DNA of 64,000 nucleotides from an uncultured bacterium (GCA_963722385.1 CAVRKK010000002.1:1088001-1152000), one strand, 5' to 3'. Numbered from the stretch's first letter, positions 47,206 through 57,845 are shown. Numbers and translations are program-made. The notes: a model not told the origin generated them from the letters alone.

Positions 47206-48315
47206 TCAGGTTGACATAAAGATATTTCCGAATTCCTTGCTCAGTGAGAGACGAACTAGGCGTGATAATGCGATAACGGTTCGTGGCTCGCCATACGCGT
47301 AGGCATTCTTGCCCTCAGAATCGACGAGGGTAGCATCGGCGCCTCTTTCTACTAAAGCTTCTATGAACGGAATGTTATTGTCAGCTGCGGCCATCATGAG
47401 TGCTGTTCTGCCTCCGATATTGGTCCTGTTAACGTCGATCCGACTATCTGCTAAGAGAGCCGTAAGTATATTTGCGCGATGGTGACTAACGGCATAGTGA
47501 AGTGCGGTATTGTTACGAGCATCGGGAGCATTAATATCGAATGGATGACCATGAGCCTTCATATATTTTAGTAAGGCTTGCAAGAGCTCGGCATCATCAG
47601 CTTCTGCAGCGATTATGTGCAGAAGTCGCGAGGCATAGCTCGTTAACATTTCTTCAAGCGAATTCGAGTCTCTTGAGCAATTCTTTTCTTGCAGGAGAGC
47701 ACGTAGGAGCTTAATAATTATACGTCGTGCAGTGGGTTTATTATCATCGTCAACCGCGTCAAGAATGTAAAAGGCAAATGCGAGCGGCGTCTTGCCTTCA
47801 AGCTTTGTAGTTATGTAAGCCCCTGCAGCAAGGAACATATCAAGGAGATCCTCATTCTGCTTTTCGATTGCCTTAAATAGTGAGTGGGTGTCTTCATAAC
47901 GATTATAGAGTTGGCCCCGTGTAGATAAAATCAGCTGTATAATAGACACGTCGCATCCCGATATAACCGCCCAATGCAAAGGAGTTTTACCACATTTATC
48001 CCCTTGGCGAGCTAAGTTTGGCAGGTAGGCGAAAATTTCTTGTAGGAATTCAAGCGCCCGTAATTCTATATGATCCCTTAAAAATTGTTGCTGCTGCTCA
48101 AGGGATCGCCCTTCAAGATTAGATCTTACCATAAATTGGATAAAATTTTTCCGCTTTATGGCCTGTTCAGCTACGCTCTCCGGCGCTAAAGGCTTGTTTG
48201 CTCCTGAAATTGATTCTACTTCTTCATTCTCTTCGTCATGTTCCATTGGCCGCGCATGATAGGCGAGCCCAAGACTAGCCAGTAAACATGCCAAGAAAAA
48301 TATTTTTTTGCTCAT
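47206..48315 (-). CDS. Secreted ankyrin-repeat protein
   Basis: Signal plus ME, GKTPLHWA, NTALHYA, GRTALMMAA. Confidence 0.88.
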   Translation of the reverse strand: MSKKIFFLACLLASLGLAYHARPMEHDEENEEVESISGANKPLAPESVAEQAIKRKNFIQFMVRSNLEGRSLEQQQQFLRDHIELRALEFLQEIFAYLPNLARQGDKCGKTPLHWAVISGCDVSIIQLILSTRGQLYNRYEDTHSLFKAIEKQNEDLLDMFLAAGAYITTKLEGKTPLAFAFYILDAVDDDNKPTARRIIIKLLRALLQEKNCSRDSNSLEEMLTSYASRLLHIIAAEADDAELLQALLKYMKAHGHPFDINAPDARNNTALHYAVSHHRANILTALLADSRIDVNRTNIGGRTALMMAAADNNIPFIEALVERGADATLVDSEGKNAYAYGEPRTVIALSRLVRLSLSKEFGNIFMST

Positions 48316-48446
48316 TGGTCACCCTCTAAATAAAATATTCTATTATTTACTCTACCAAAATTAAATTCAATGAGCAAATTTTATTGATTGAGTGGCAAGC
48401 GGATTGCTTGATCAATTGAGATCAAGCGTCTCGTACTTGAGCACGC

Positions 48447-48500
48447 GAGCCTACCTGCGGTGAAACTCGCAAAAGCTGAGAAATGTAGCTTCTTTGGGGT
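48447..48500 (+). other. Possible degenerate group II intron domain V
   Basis: GAGC-CTACCT-GCG-GTGAAACT-CGCA...TGTAGCTTC-TTTGGGG, compared with the D5 consensus GAGCCGTATGCGGTGAAAGTCGCACGTACGGTTC. Confidence 0.3.
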
Positions 48501-48602
48501 AGCCCGTAAGCAGAAGTAGAATTTATCAATTTATAATAAATATTTACTTTAAACTTATTGATTTAGTACTATTTTATTATAGTTTGCATAAGCGGAGGGT
48601 CT

Positions 48603-49595
48603 ATGACATCATATAAATATAAAGTACTCATAGCGCTTTATAGCCTGCTGTTCTTTTTTCGTGGAGTTTCTAGCCTGGATGTCTGGATTTTGCCTGATGA
48701 GAATATACGCTATAATGCAACGTGCTTTTTAACGAGTCACAATGCCTTTGCTAATTTTAATGAAGGCTGGGGCCGCTATATGATGCAGACCTGGAGTATT
48801 GAGGAGCAGCTTGACCATGGAGTCCGTGGGCTTATGCTGGACGTATTTAATGCTGATGGGTCAATTGTGATGTGTCATGGTGGCTGTGGTCCTCTACAAA
48901 CGGTGCAAAAAGGGGTAAGAAAGTCGATTTATTCGTTATTTGAAAAGCATGAATATAAAAGGTTTTCAGAGACGCTTAAAGTTGTGAAAGAGTGGGTAGA
49001 GAGGCACCCAGCTGAGATAGTTACCATTTTTCTTGAAAACAGGGTTGACATCCAAAAGCTCAATGATGAAATTAAGTCAGTTGAGGGACTTGCGCCTTTT
49101 GTGTTAACCTTACGTGAATGGGACCCGGCTGATTATCAAGGTTCTTGGCCACGGCTTGCTTGGATGAGAAATACAAATAAGCGGATTGTTATTTTTAATG
49201 AGGATAAGACGGGTTCAGGCCTAAAAATGTACGGCGAACCGGTGCTGAAAAAATATCTGTTTTATTACGGCTGGCACTATATCATCGAATCACAATATGG
49301 GACGGTTGACCCAGATAAAGCATGCGTTGAGAGGACCGATTCTCAAGAATATAGGAATATTCGACGCACGATCTATGTGCTGAATTTTTTTAGAACATTG
49401 GCAGGCCCTCTGGCTCAGAGTGTTACTGATAACTCATATGAAATGCTTAAGAAGACGGTGCAACTTTGCCAATCGCGCAATTTGGCTCATGGCAAGACAC
49501 CTAATTTTATAGCACTTGATTTTGTAGAAGAAGGGAACGCTATAAAACTCATAAACGAGCTTAATGAACGAAAGAAAATAGAGGGGAAGGCATGA
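48603..49595 (+). CDS. Secreted PI-PLC X-domain-like phosphodiesterase
   Basis: SHNAF, QL..GVRGLMLD, CHG, P.EIVTIFLE, PNFIALDF. Confidence 0.85.
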   Translation: MTSYKYKVLIALYSLLFFFRGVSSLDVWILPDENIRYNATCFLTSHNAFANFNEGWGRYMMQTWSIEEQLDHGVRGLMLDVFNADGSIVMCHGGCGPLQTVQKGVRKSIYSLFEKHEYKRFSETLKVVKEWVERHPAEIVTIFLENRVDIQKLNDEIKSVEGLAPFVLTLREWDPADYQGSWPRLAWMRNTNKRIVIFNEDKTGSGLKMYGEPVLKKYLFYYGWHYIIESQYGTVDPDKACVERTDSQEYRNIRRTIYVLNFFRTLAGPLAQSVTDNSYEMLKKTVQLCQSRNLAHGKTPNFIALDFVEEGNAIKLINELNERKKIEGKA

Positions 49596-50557
49596 TGAAA
49601 AAGCGTCTGATTTTTTCTATAGCAATGCTTAATTGCTTATATGCGCTTGGCCAGAATCTGCAGCGAGATGGTACCGGAAGAACGCTTCTACATCATGCCG
49701 TTGGTCTTAGCAAGGAAGACGTAGATGAAGCCATTAGAAAGGGATTTTCGGTCCATGATCAAGATATGAGCGGCAATACTCCTTTGCACCTAGCGGTAGC
49801 CTATGGCAAACTACCGATTATCAGAGCGCTTCTACAGAAGGGTGCTTTGGTAAATGCTTGCAATAAATTTCAGGATACACCGTTACATATAGCGGCTTTT
49901 CACGGTACAAGTTCTGTAATAAAAACACTTCTCGATGCAGGAGCACGGGTGAATGCTCGCAATAGTCATAAGAGCTCCCCTTTACATGAAGCAGCGCGGT
50001 TTGGCAACGTTGGTGCGGTTAAAGTCCTGCTTGATCATGGCGCCTTAGTCAATGAACTGGATGAGCATGGTCGTACGCCATTACACCTTGCTGCTGGCCA
50101 AGGCAGCGGTGCTAACGTTTTACTTCTTATAAATCATAAAGCGGCAATTGATGTGCGGGATAGTAAGGGGAAAACACCGCTTATGTATGCTCTTGCCTCA
50201 AATAATCTAAAAATAGCTGAAGACCTTATCCGCACCTATCATGCTCAGGGTGCTTGCCAGGATAATCAAGGTCATGGTGCTCTTCATTGGGCGGCTTATA
50301 GAAGCGCATTGCCTATCGTGAAAGCTCTGGGCGAACAAGGGGTGTCAATGGATATTGCCGATTGGCAAGGTCTGACGCCGCTCCACTGGGCAGCACGGTA
50401 TTCGTCAGCCCCTGTTATCAGGTTATTGGTTGCTTATGGTGCTACCTGTCATGCAAAAGATAAAAATGGCTATACCCCCCATGATCATGCGGTTCAGTAT
50501 GATAGGCCCTATGAAATTAGGCAGCTTTTTAATCAGTGCTCAAAAATAGAAGGGTGA
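49592..50557 (+). CDS. Secreted canonical ankyrin-repeat protein
   Basis: Signal peptide and about 8 G.TPLH.A repeats. ATGA overlap with the PLC gene. Confidence 0.92.
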   Translation: MMKKRLIFSIAMLNCLYALGQNLQRDGTGRTLLHHAVGLSKEDVDEAIRKGFSVHDQDMSGNTPLHLAVAYGKLPIIRALLQKGALVNACNKFQDTPLHIAAFHGTSSVIKTLLDAGARVNARNSHKSSPLHEAARFGNVGAVKVLLDHGALVNELDEHGRTPLHLAAGQGSGANVLLLINHKAAIDVRDSKGKTPLMYALASNNLKIAEDLIRTYHAQGACQDNQGHGALHWAAYRSALPIVKALGEQGVSMDIADWQGLTPLHWAARYSSAPVIRLLVAYGATCHAKDKNGYTPHDHAVQYDRPYEIRQLFNQCSKIEG

Positions 50558-50567
50558 GGCGGATAGT

Positions 50568-51239
50568 ATGCAATTTTTTAATCGATTGCGTGAAACGTTT
50601 ATTCTTAGCTGGACGTTTTGTCGTGTTCCGGCGAATATTATTTACGGCGTATGGCGAGTGCTTAAGCTGCCTCAACCATGTGTAAGCATTTTTGGCGGTA
50701 CGCATGTTGAGCGAGAGAGCCCTTATGCCGCTCAAGCGCATCGAATTGCGGCGATGCTTGTCAAAAATAATATTTCGATACTAACCGGGGGAGGCCCTGG
50801 CATCATGGAAGCGGCCAATTGCGGTGCTGCAGAAGGCCAAGCAAATGGCGAGTCATACACGATGGGCATTACGGTCAAGGGGTTTAAGGGTGAGCCTGCC
50901 AATATGTGTACCAAAGGTTCATTGCTTGTGCTTCGGTACTTTTTTGCACGAAAATGGCTGTTGATCAATTACTCCATCGGGTTTGTTATATTTCCTGGAG
51001 GGGTCGGTACCCTTGATGAGCTCTTTGAACTTTTGACGCTTATTGTCACAAAGCAGCGGCCTCCGGTGCCTATTATATTATTTGGCACAGAATTTTGGAA
51101 GCCGGTTATGGATGTGCTTGATCGAATAGGGGAGCTAAAACTCATTAATCCCGTCACTTTCTCCCTGATCACGCTGACGGATAATGCTGATGAGGTCGTG
51201 GATATTTTAAAATACTATTGTCTCAAGTGTAATATTTAG
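50568..51239 (+). CDS. LOG family nucleotide phosphoribohydrolase
   Basis: TGGGPGIMEAAN, FFARK, PGGVGTLDE. Confidence 0.9.
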   Translation: MQFFNRLRETFILSWTFCRVPANIIYGVWRVLKLPQPCVSIFGGTHVERESPYAAQAHRIAAMLVKNNISILTGGGPGIMEAANCGAAEGQANGESYTMGITVKGFKGEPANMCTKGSLLVLRYFFARKWLLINYSIGFVIFPGGVGTLDELFELLTLIVTKQRPPVPIILFGTEFWKPVMDVLDRIGELKLINPVTFSLITLTDNADEVVDILKYYCLKCNI

Positions 51240-51300
51240 AAACGCTATGTTTAATCCTGTTACCAAGCAGTGTTGTCCTCGAGGCCAAACATTCAACACC
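51240..51300 (+). pseudogene. Remnant of a galaxin-like repeat paralogue
   Basis: FNPVTKQCCP matches YNPTTKQCCP of 46407-46856, also at nucleotide level (accaagcagtgttg). Confidence 0.5.
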
Positions 51301-51815
51301 TACGCGGTGGGCGGCAGGAATGTTTTCGCAAACACTCCTGCACCTCGTGCGCCAGGAGCTCTTGGACCCTACGCTCCGAACTCCCTTGCTCGCATATCAA
51401 AGATATGCTACGCGCAGTCAGACAGGCGGAGCTACTTATGACTTTTTTCTATAGCGTACCCAATCGGGCTTGCTATAACCTCGTTTTACATTGTTTTGCT
51501 TAAAAGAACAGAAAATCAGGGTTACCAAAATTACGTCTGAGTAGTTCAAGACACTCTTCTTTTCGTTGCTATACAAGCCGATATTTGCAAGTATTATTAT
51601 AAAAAATTATTTGCAAAAAAGCTTATTGGGCGGTACCCTATCATTTGCAATCCAAGCCTTATTGATAAAAATGATTTTGCAGTTGTCAAAACATTAGGTC
51701 TGAATATTTAATATATTAGGTTGAGAAAAATTTCTTTTTTGCCGCGACGTAGCAGGCTATGAGCTTTAAATAGGTTGAACTCACGCTTCTCAAACAAATA
51801 ACAAATGCTAATCCT

Positions 51816-52871
51816 TTGATGGTAGACATGCTATTACCGGAGTGGGAACCGGCGGTCATGCATCTTCTTAAGAGGGGTAATTTTAGCGAAAATGAGCTTT
51901 TGGAAGCATTTCTCCTTATGGTTGGCCTCGATAAACGCTCGCTTATTACATTTGTATTACAAAACGAAATTAATCATTTTGCGCCTGTAATTATTATAAG
52001 AGCTTTGGAAGTAGCTGCAGCAACGGGTAATTTGGAGGTGTTTGAGCAACTATTCAATGCATATTGGTGGCCAGCCTTGGAACCAGAAGCTTATAAAGTT
52101 TTTGCGAAAGGTTTAGAACAGGCGTTATATTGGGCAATGCTCAGCAAGGACCATAGGATAGTAAATTTTATTATGTTGAATAGCCTAACGAATAAGCTTG
52201 TTTGTTGGGGGTCGTTTAATAGGGTTTTGCAGGGGGCAGCAATTGCTGGTGATGTTGAAACGTTTAAGGTATTTTATGGCGTGCTAGAAACACGGTTAAG
52301 CTCTGATATGCCCGCGGTAATGTCTATGTTAGAAAATGCGCTTTATTGGGCGATTCAAGCGAGCAATATCGACGTAGCATATTTTATTATACAAGTTGCT
52401 CACAGGGTGCCGATCTTGTTAAAAAGAGTGCTCAAGGTAGCAGCTTTTGAGCAGAATATCATGCTTTTTAAGCAACTATACGAGCTTGCTTTACATCGAG
52501 CGCGTACTGAAAACAATTATGAATCCGAATTTTTATCGATATTAGAAGATGTTTTATATGACGCAGCGATGAGATTAAATAGCGATATTATTAATTTTGT
52601 AATCGAGCATAGTTTTTACCATGGTGAAGCTATAAATCTTTCGCTTGTACGAGTGACTGAGCTCATTACCCGCAGGGTAAATGAAAGTGTGGGATCGGCA
52701 GAAGGATGGTTGTGTGGACAAATACTTGCGCGTCTTGCTGATGCAGCGAGCCAACAAGACGCTGCTTATAGGTCTTATCGCATGCAGCAGCATATGGTAG
52801 CATCGGCCGAAGCACAAGCCTTGTTAATGGGAGCTTTCTTTTATACTTATGGGAGCACGGTACGTAAGTAA
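51816..52871 (+). CDS. Degenerate ankyrin-like helical repeat protein (possibly 5'-truncated)
   Basis: Repeated L..AA..G / LE.ALYWA units like the C-halves of 32773, 33820 and 38056. No signal peptide. Confidence 0.7.
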   Translation: MMVDMLLPEWEPAVMHLLKRGNFSENELLEAFLLMVGLDKRSLITFVLQNEINHFAPVIIIRALEVAAATGNLEVFEQLFNAYWWPALEPEAYKVFAKGLEQALYWAMLSKDHRIVNFIMLNSLTNKLVCWGSFNRVLQGAAIAGDVETFKVFYGVLETRLSSDMPAVMSMLENALYWAIQASNIDVAYFIIQVAHRVPILLKRVLKVAAFEQNIMLFKQLYELALHRARTENNYESEFLSILEDVLYDAAMRLNSDIINFVIEHSFYHGEAINLSLVRVTELITRRVNESVGSAEGWLCGQILARLADAASQQDAAYRSYRMQQHMVASAEAQALLMGAFFYTYGSTVRK

Positions 52872-52961
52872 TAGCGCTGCAACTTTGCTTTGTTGTTCAA
52901 TTGCTCGTTTCTTTTCTTCTTTGTCGAACTCGCGTAAGTAGGAGCAGTACATCTTACTGTT

Positions 52962-54305
52962 TTAGAAAAGGGAAAGTAGTTCGTAGACGTTTTGAAATGT
53001 GCGAATAGTACATGAAGTATGTTCGATTTTCTGATTTTTGGCAACGAAGATTTGCTCTATGCCAAATTTTTCAGCTTCGTTAATGTGAAGGTTGATAGCA
53101 TTTATCGGCTTGACATGGCCAATGAGGCTTATTTCGCCTAGTGCCAGTGTTTTACGTGGGAGTGGTTGCTGAAAAAAGCTTGAAAGCAGGGCGAGGACGA
53201 TGGCAAGGTCTGCTGAGCTTTCTCGAAGTTTGAAGCCGCCGCTAATTTTGAAGAATATATCGTGGGCACTCATCTTGATTTGTAAGTGTTTTTCCACAAT
53301 GGCCGCCAGAAGGGTAATCTGGGTAGCATCCATGCCCGAGATGACTCGTTGGGGCATGCCATATTTTGAAGCGATCACGAGAGCTTGCAGCTCAAGCAAA
53401 AGTGGCCGGGTTCCTTCCAGTGAGCTTGTTAGCACTGACCCGGGGCTATCTGATATTTCTTCCAAGAGTTGCTGATTAATGTTGGGTACTTCGCGTAAGC
53501 CATCCTCGCGCATCTCAAAAAAGCCGAGCTCGTTGACGGTTCCAAATCTATTTTTTACCGAGCGCAGGACGCGTGTTTGCCAGCGGTCTTCGCCTTGGAG
53601 GTAAAAGACCGCATCAACCATGTGCTCGAGCGTCTTTGGTCCCGCCATGAGGCCTTCTTTTGTGATATGGCCACTCAGCAGCACGGCAATCGTTTTTTCT
53701 TTAGCAAGGCGCATGAGCTTAAAAGCGGCCTCTTTCAGCTGGCCAATGCTCCCCGGAAGTGTCTGGGCTTGCGACAGATAGCAATTCTGAATTGAATCAA
53801 TGATAACGAGGTCAGGTTTTTGTTGTTCGGCAGTCGCAATAATGTCTTCTAAATGAGCGTTATCAGAAAATAATAAGGGGCTCTGAAGGCAGCCGAGGCG
53901 GCGTGCTCGCACTTTGACTTGTTCTAAAGATTCTTCCGTGGAGAAATAGAGGAGCTTGTATTGTTGTGCAAGTTCATGAGCTATACGAAGTAATAGGGTC
54001 GATTTGCCGATTCCGGGGTCCCCGGTTAATATAGTAAATGAGCCCGGCAAGATACCGCCGCCGGTAATGCGATCCCATTCCTTAATGCCAGAGGTCATGC
54101 GGATTAGGTTTTGCTCGGCTAAGTGAGCGAGTTGTGTCAGTTCGAGCACGCGGGCATGCGATTTCGGTGCTGGCGTTCGTTCCTGGTTTTCAGCGAATGT
54201 ATTCCACTCTTTGCAGGTAGGGCAACAGCCGAGCCATTTAATGGCAGTATAACCGCATGATACGCATAAAAATGACTGTTTGTTTTTGTGGTGTGCTTTG
54301 AGCAT
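52962..54305 (-). CDS. radA: DNA repair protein RadA/Sms
   Basis: C4 zinc finger, GDPGIGKST, IDSIQ, KNRFG, Lon-like C-terminus. Confidence 0.96.
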   Translation of the reverse strand: MLKAHHKNKQSFLCVSCGYTAIKWLGCCPTCKEWNTFAENQERTPAPKSHARVLELTQLAHLAEQNLIRMTSGIKEWDRITGGGILPGSFTILTGDPGIGKSTLLLRIAHELAQQYKLLYFSTEESLEQVKVRARRLGCLQSPLLFSDNAHLEDIIATAEQQKPDLVIIDSIQNCYLSQAQTLPGSIGQLKEAAFKLMRLAKEKTIAVLLSGHITKEGLMAGPKTLEHMVDAVFYLQGEDRWQTRVLRSVKNRFGTVNELGFFEMREDGLREVPNINQQLLEEISDSPGSVLTSSLEGTRPLLLELQALVIASKYGMPQRVISGMDATQITLLAAIVEKHLQIKMSAHDIFFKISGGFKLRESSADLAIVLALLSSFFQQPLPRKTLALGEISLIGHVKPINAINLHINEAEKFGIEQIFVAKNQKIEHTSCTIRTFQNVYELLSLF

Positions 54306-54536
54306 GCTTCTACCAATAAATTATGCTATCTTACTATAGCATAATGCTGCATAACTTCAATGAAGCGACTGTGCGCGAAAAATCTTCACGAGACCCACTT
54401 AAGAAAACCTTTAAAAAAGCCCCCAAAAGAAAATCAACACGCCAACAAAGAAATAATAACCAGATGTTATTAAAGACTTCTTTAATAACAGGTAATACTA
54501 ATAAGGAACGGGTTCCCTATAAATATATGCAATGTA

Positions 54537-57500
54537 TTACAAATCTTCCGCCGGTCCAAAATTAACACTGCCGAGGGTAGCTCGCTGCTTATGTAGATAT
54601 TTGTACCATATAAAAGCCGCCAATCCAGCAATGGTGAGGAGAGCAGCGCCTCCAAAAACGCCTCCTATTAAAGTCGTTGGAAGGATAATGTTTAAATTAT
54701 TGCTGCTAAATCCATCACCTCCATTAGATCCACCATCACCACCATAATTATTGCCTCCCCCAACAAGCACCGCAACTGATACGTCATTTGAAAAAGCATT
54801 GGCAGTAGCAAGATGTGAACCACTTGGTGCAAAAGTTATAGCAACGCAATGTGTTGAATTGGAAGGTAAATTATAAGATATACTGGCGTTAAATGTACCT
54901 CCATTTACGGTAAAGACCGTAAAACTGTTGGAGTCGCTGTTGGCAGTCGCAATAAACTCACCATTTGGTGAAGAAGCAATTGACTGAGGAGTGAGAGCAC
55001 CTGGAGGTAACAGGTACGATTGCCCACCGCTCAAGGTGCCTGCTTGAAAATTGAATGTCGTCACATCGTTAGAGCCACTATTGGCGCTCACAAGAAGTAA
55101 CGTGCTATTGCCGTTAACGGGCAAAAATAAGAGAGACCGTGGCCCATTCGACCCTACTGGTAATGCAGTTGAAGGGGCAAAACTTAAAGATCCAGTTATA
55201 AACTGAGCAACTGCGATGTCATTTGAACCGTAGTCCGCTATAGCAAGATAAGCACCATCAGGTGTAAACGCTAATGCCGCCGGTTCAACAGATCCTGAAG
55301 GCAAAGGATAGGCAAGGCCGCCGCTGAGACTCCCAGCAACTACGTTAAACACAACAACGTCATTTGAGCCACGATTTGCCACAGCCAAATAAAGATCATT
55401 AGGCGAGAACGCTACCGCTGCAGGACTAGATGAGCCAAGGGGTAATGAGTAGGAGATAGGCCCCGTTAATTGTCCGCCTGTCAGTTGAAATATCGTCACA
55501 TCATCTGAGTTATCATTGCCTGTAGCAACATAAGGGCTGTGAGCAGAGAAGGCTATTGAAGTCGGATGCGAAGACGTTACCAAATTGTAAGGCAATGGGA
55601 AAGATTTTTTGGTGCCTAACGTGAGCGTTGTTGCGCTACTTGCATTGACGTTAAAAAGTGCTACATCGCTCGAGCCATAGTTGGCTGTTGCAAGGTATAA
55701 GTGATCCGGTGAAAAAGCTATTGCGTTCGGTGCACGCGAACTAGTTGGCAATTGAGGTAATGGGTAAGAAATGCCCGCATTAAGCACTCCCCCTGTAACG
55801 GTAAATATGCTTATGCTTGATGAGCCGGTATTAGCCGTTGCAAGATAGGAGCTATTAGGTGAAAATGCTACCGATTCGGGAAAAATGGAACTCATCGGCA
55901 GTGGGTATAGCGTTCCGCCACTTAACACTCCGCCTGCAGCTGCGCTAAAGACTGCTACATTACCGGACAAGGCATTCGCTGTGGCCAAATATGAGCCATC
56001 TGGTGAAATTGCTACTGATTCAGGTTCCGTAGCACCAGAGGGTAAGGAATACGTTGTGCCCGCATTCAAAACTCCCCCTGAGAAGGTAAATGTGGTCACC
56101 GTAGCTGACTCGGCGCCCGCAAGAGCAATATAAGATCCATCTGGTGCGAAAGCCATTGAAAATGGTTGTGTAGCAGCAGCAGGTATTGGATAGAGAGTGC
56201 CACCACTCAATGCTCCTCCTGCTCCAACATTAAATATTACTATGTCAAATGCCGCGGCAACAGCAAGATATAAGCCATCTGGTGAAAATGCCAGAGCTTG
56301 AGGACCCACAGCAGTAACAGAATATGAGGTACCAGCGTTTAAGACCCCTCCTGAGCCCACAGTAAATACTGTTATGTCATTCGAAATAGCACTATTAGCA
56401 GTAACAAGATAAGAGCCATCTGGTGAAAATGCTAGTGCATTAGGCTGTATAGAACCGGTAGGCAAAGAATACGCGGCACTTCCCGTCAAAGTTCCGCTCG
56501 ATCCTACATTCCATATCGTTACGCTATTAGCATATTGATTGACCGCTGCAAGATATAAGCTATTAGGCGAAAATAGTGCTCTGCCGGGCCGTACGAAACT
56601 AGAGAATATTGAATATGAGGTACCACCTGTCAAAACGCCCCCCGCTTCGACATCAAACACGGTGAGATCATCCGAAGCATTAGCCGTAACAAGATATGAG
56701 CCATTTGGCGAAAATAGTACCAGCTGAGGAAAAGTAGATCCGGTAGACAAAGCATAAGATACTGCTCCACTGAGCACGCCGCCTAATACGCTAAAGATCG
56801 TTACATTTTTTGAAGTGTAATTAGCGGTAGCCAGATAGGCCCCATCTGCTGTAAATGCAACAGATGCTATACTAGTCGAACCGGCTGGCAAAGCATACGA
56901 TGTACCACCGCTCAAAGCTCCGCCAGCACCTACGCTAAATACGGTTACATCACTTGAGATGTTTCCAGTAACAAGAAATGAGCCGCTAGGCTCATAGGCC
57001 ACTGAGCGTGGAAAGCTTGAACCAGCAGGTAAAGCATATGAGGTACCTCCACTCAAAACACCTCCCGCCCCAACACTAAATATGGATACATCGCTAGAAT
57101 TATTATTAGCTAAGGCAAGATATGAACTATCTGGTGAAAATGCCACAGAGTATGGGAATGTTGAGCCGGCAGGAAGCACATACGAAGTACCGCTGTTTAG
57201 AATTCCTCCCGCTTCAACGGTAAATATGGTCACATTACTTGAAGCATAATTTGCCGTAGCAATGTATAAACCATTAGGTGAAAATGCTATAGATTGTGGA
57301 AAGACTGAACCTATGGGCAAAGAATATGAGGTTCCCTTGCTCAGCACACCCGTTTCTACAGCAAATATGGTCACGTCATCTGACCCATTAGCAATGGCAA
57401 GAAGTGAGCCATCTGGAGAAAAGGCCATCGCTTTAGGAAAATAAGAAGTAGAAGGTAAAGGGTACGTTGTACCCCCACTTAAGGTACCTCCCGATCCAAC

Positions 57501-57845
57501 AGCAAACACGGTCACGCTCGCTGCCTCAACAAAACCGTAATTAGCCGTCACAAGATATGAGCCATCTGGTGAAAAAGCGGCTCCATAAGGTGGTATGCGC
57601 CCTGCAGGGTCAAGATATGAGGTGCCTCGAGTTAGTATTCCTGCTGTACTATCAAATATTGACACGTCATATGCATTAGCAGTAGCAAGATATAAGCCAT
57701 TAGGCGCATAGGCTACCGAAGTAGGCCATTTGGAGACACCGGGCAAAGGATAGCTGACTTCGTTAAGAGCTTCAAGAGATAAGCTGACAACAAGCAAGAT
57801 GTTTAAAAATAAAATGTACTTTCTATTACTCTTTTTAGAAGCCAT
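54537..57845 (-). CDS. Type I membrane beta-propeller protein, 21 blades
   Basis: Signal peptide, 21 repeats, Gly-rich stalk, TM helix, tail YKYL...GSVNFG. Paralogue of 24194-26482. Confidence 0.85.
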   Translation of the reverse strand: MASKKSNRKYILFLNILLVVSLSLEALNEVSYPLPGVSKWPTSVAYAPNGLYLATANAYDVSIFDSTAGILTRGTSYLDPAGRIPPYGAAFSPDGSYLVTANYGFVEAASVTVFAVGSGGTLSGGTTYPLPSTSYFPKAMAFSPDGSLLAIANGSDDVTIFAVETGVLSKGTSYSLPIGSVFPQSIAFSPNGLYIATANYASSNVTIFTVEAGGILNSGTSYVLPAGSTFPYSVAFSPDSSYLALANNNSSDVSIFSVGAGGVLSGGTSYALPAGSSFPRSVAYEPSGSFLVTGNISSDVTVFSVGAGGALSGGTSYALPAGSTSIASVAFTADGAYLATANYTSKNVTIFSVLGGVLSGAVSYALSTGSTFPQLVLFSPNGSYLVTANASDDLTVFDVEAGGVLTGGTSYSIFSSFVRPGRALFSPNSLYLAAVNQYANSVTIWNVGSSGTLTGSAAYSLPTGSIQPNALAFSPDGSYLVTANSAISNDITVFTVGSGGVLNAGTSYSVTAVGPQALAFSPDGLYLAVAAAFDIVIFNVGAGGALSGGTLYPIPAAATQPFSMAFAPDGSYIALAGAESATVTTFTFSGGVLNAGTTYSLPSGATEPESVAISPDGSYLATANALSGNVAVFSAAAGGVLSGGTLYPLPMSSIFPESVAFSPNSSYLATANTGSSSISIFTVTGGVLNAGISYPLPQLPTSSRAPNAIAFSPDHLYLATANYGSSDVALFNVNASSATTLTLGTKKSFPLPYNLVTSSHPTSIAFSAHSPYVATGNDNSDDVTIFQLTGGQLTGPISYSLPLGSSSPAAVAFSPNDLYLAVANRGSNDVVVFNVVAGSLSGGLAYPLPSGSVEPAALAFTPDGAYLAIADYGSNDIAVAQFITGSLSFAPSTALPVGSNGPRSLLFLPVNGNSTLLLVSANSGSNDVTTFNFQAGTLSGGQSYLLPPGALTPQSIASSPNGEFIATANSDSNSFTVFTVNGGTFNASISYNLPSNSTHCVAITFAPSGSHLATANAFSNDVSVAVLVGGGNNYGGDGGSNGGDGFSSNNLNIILPTTLIGGVFGGAALLTIAGLAAFIWYKYLHKQRATLGSVNFGPAEDL

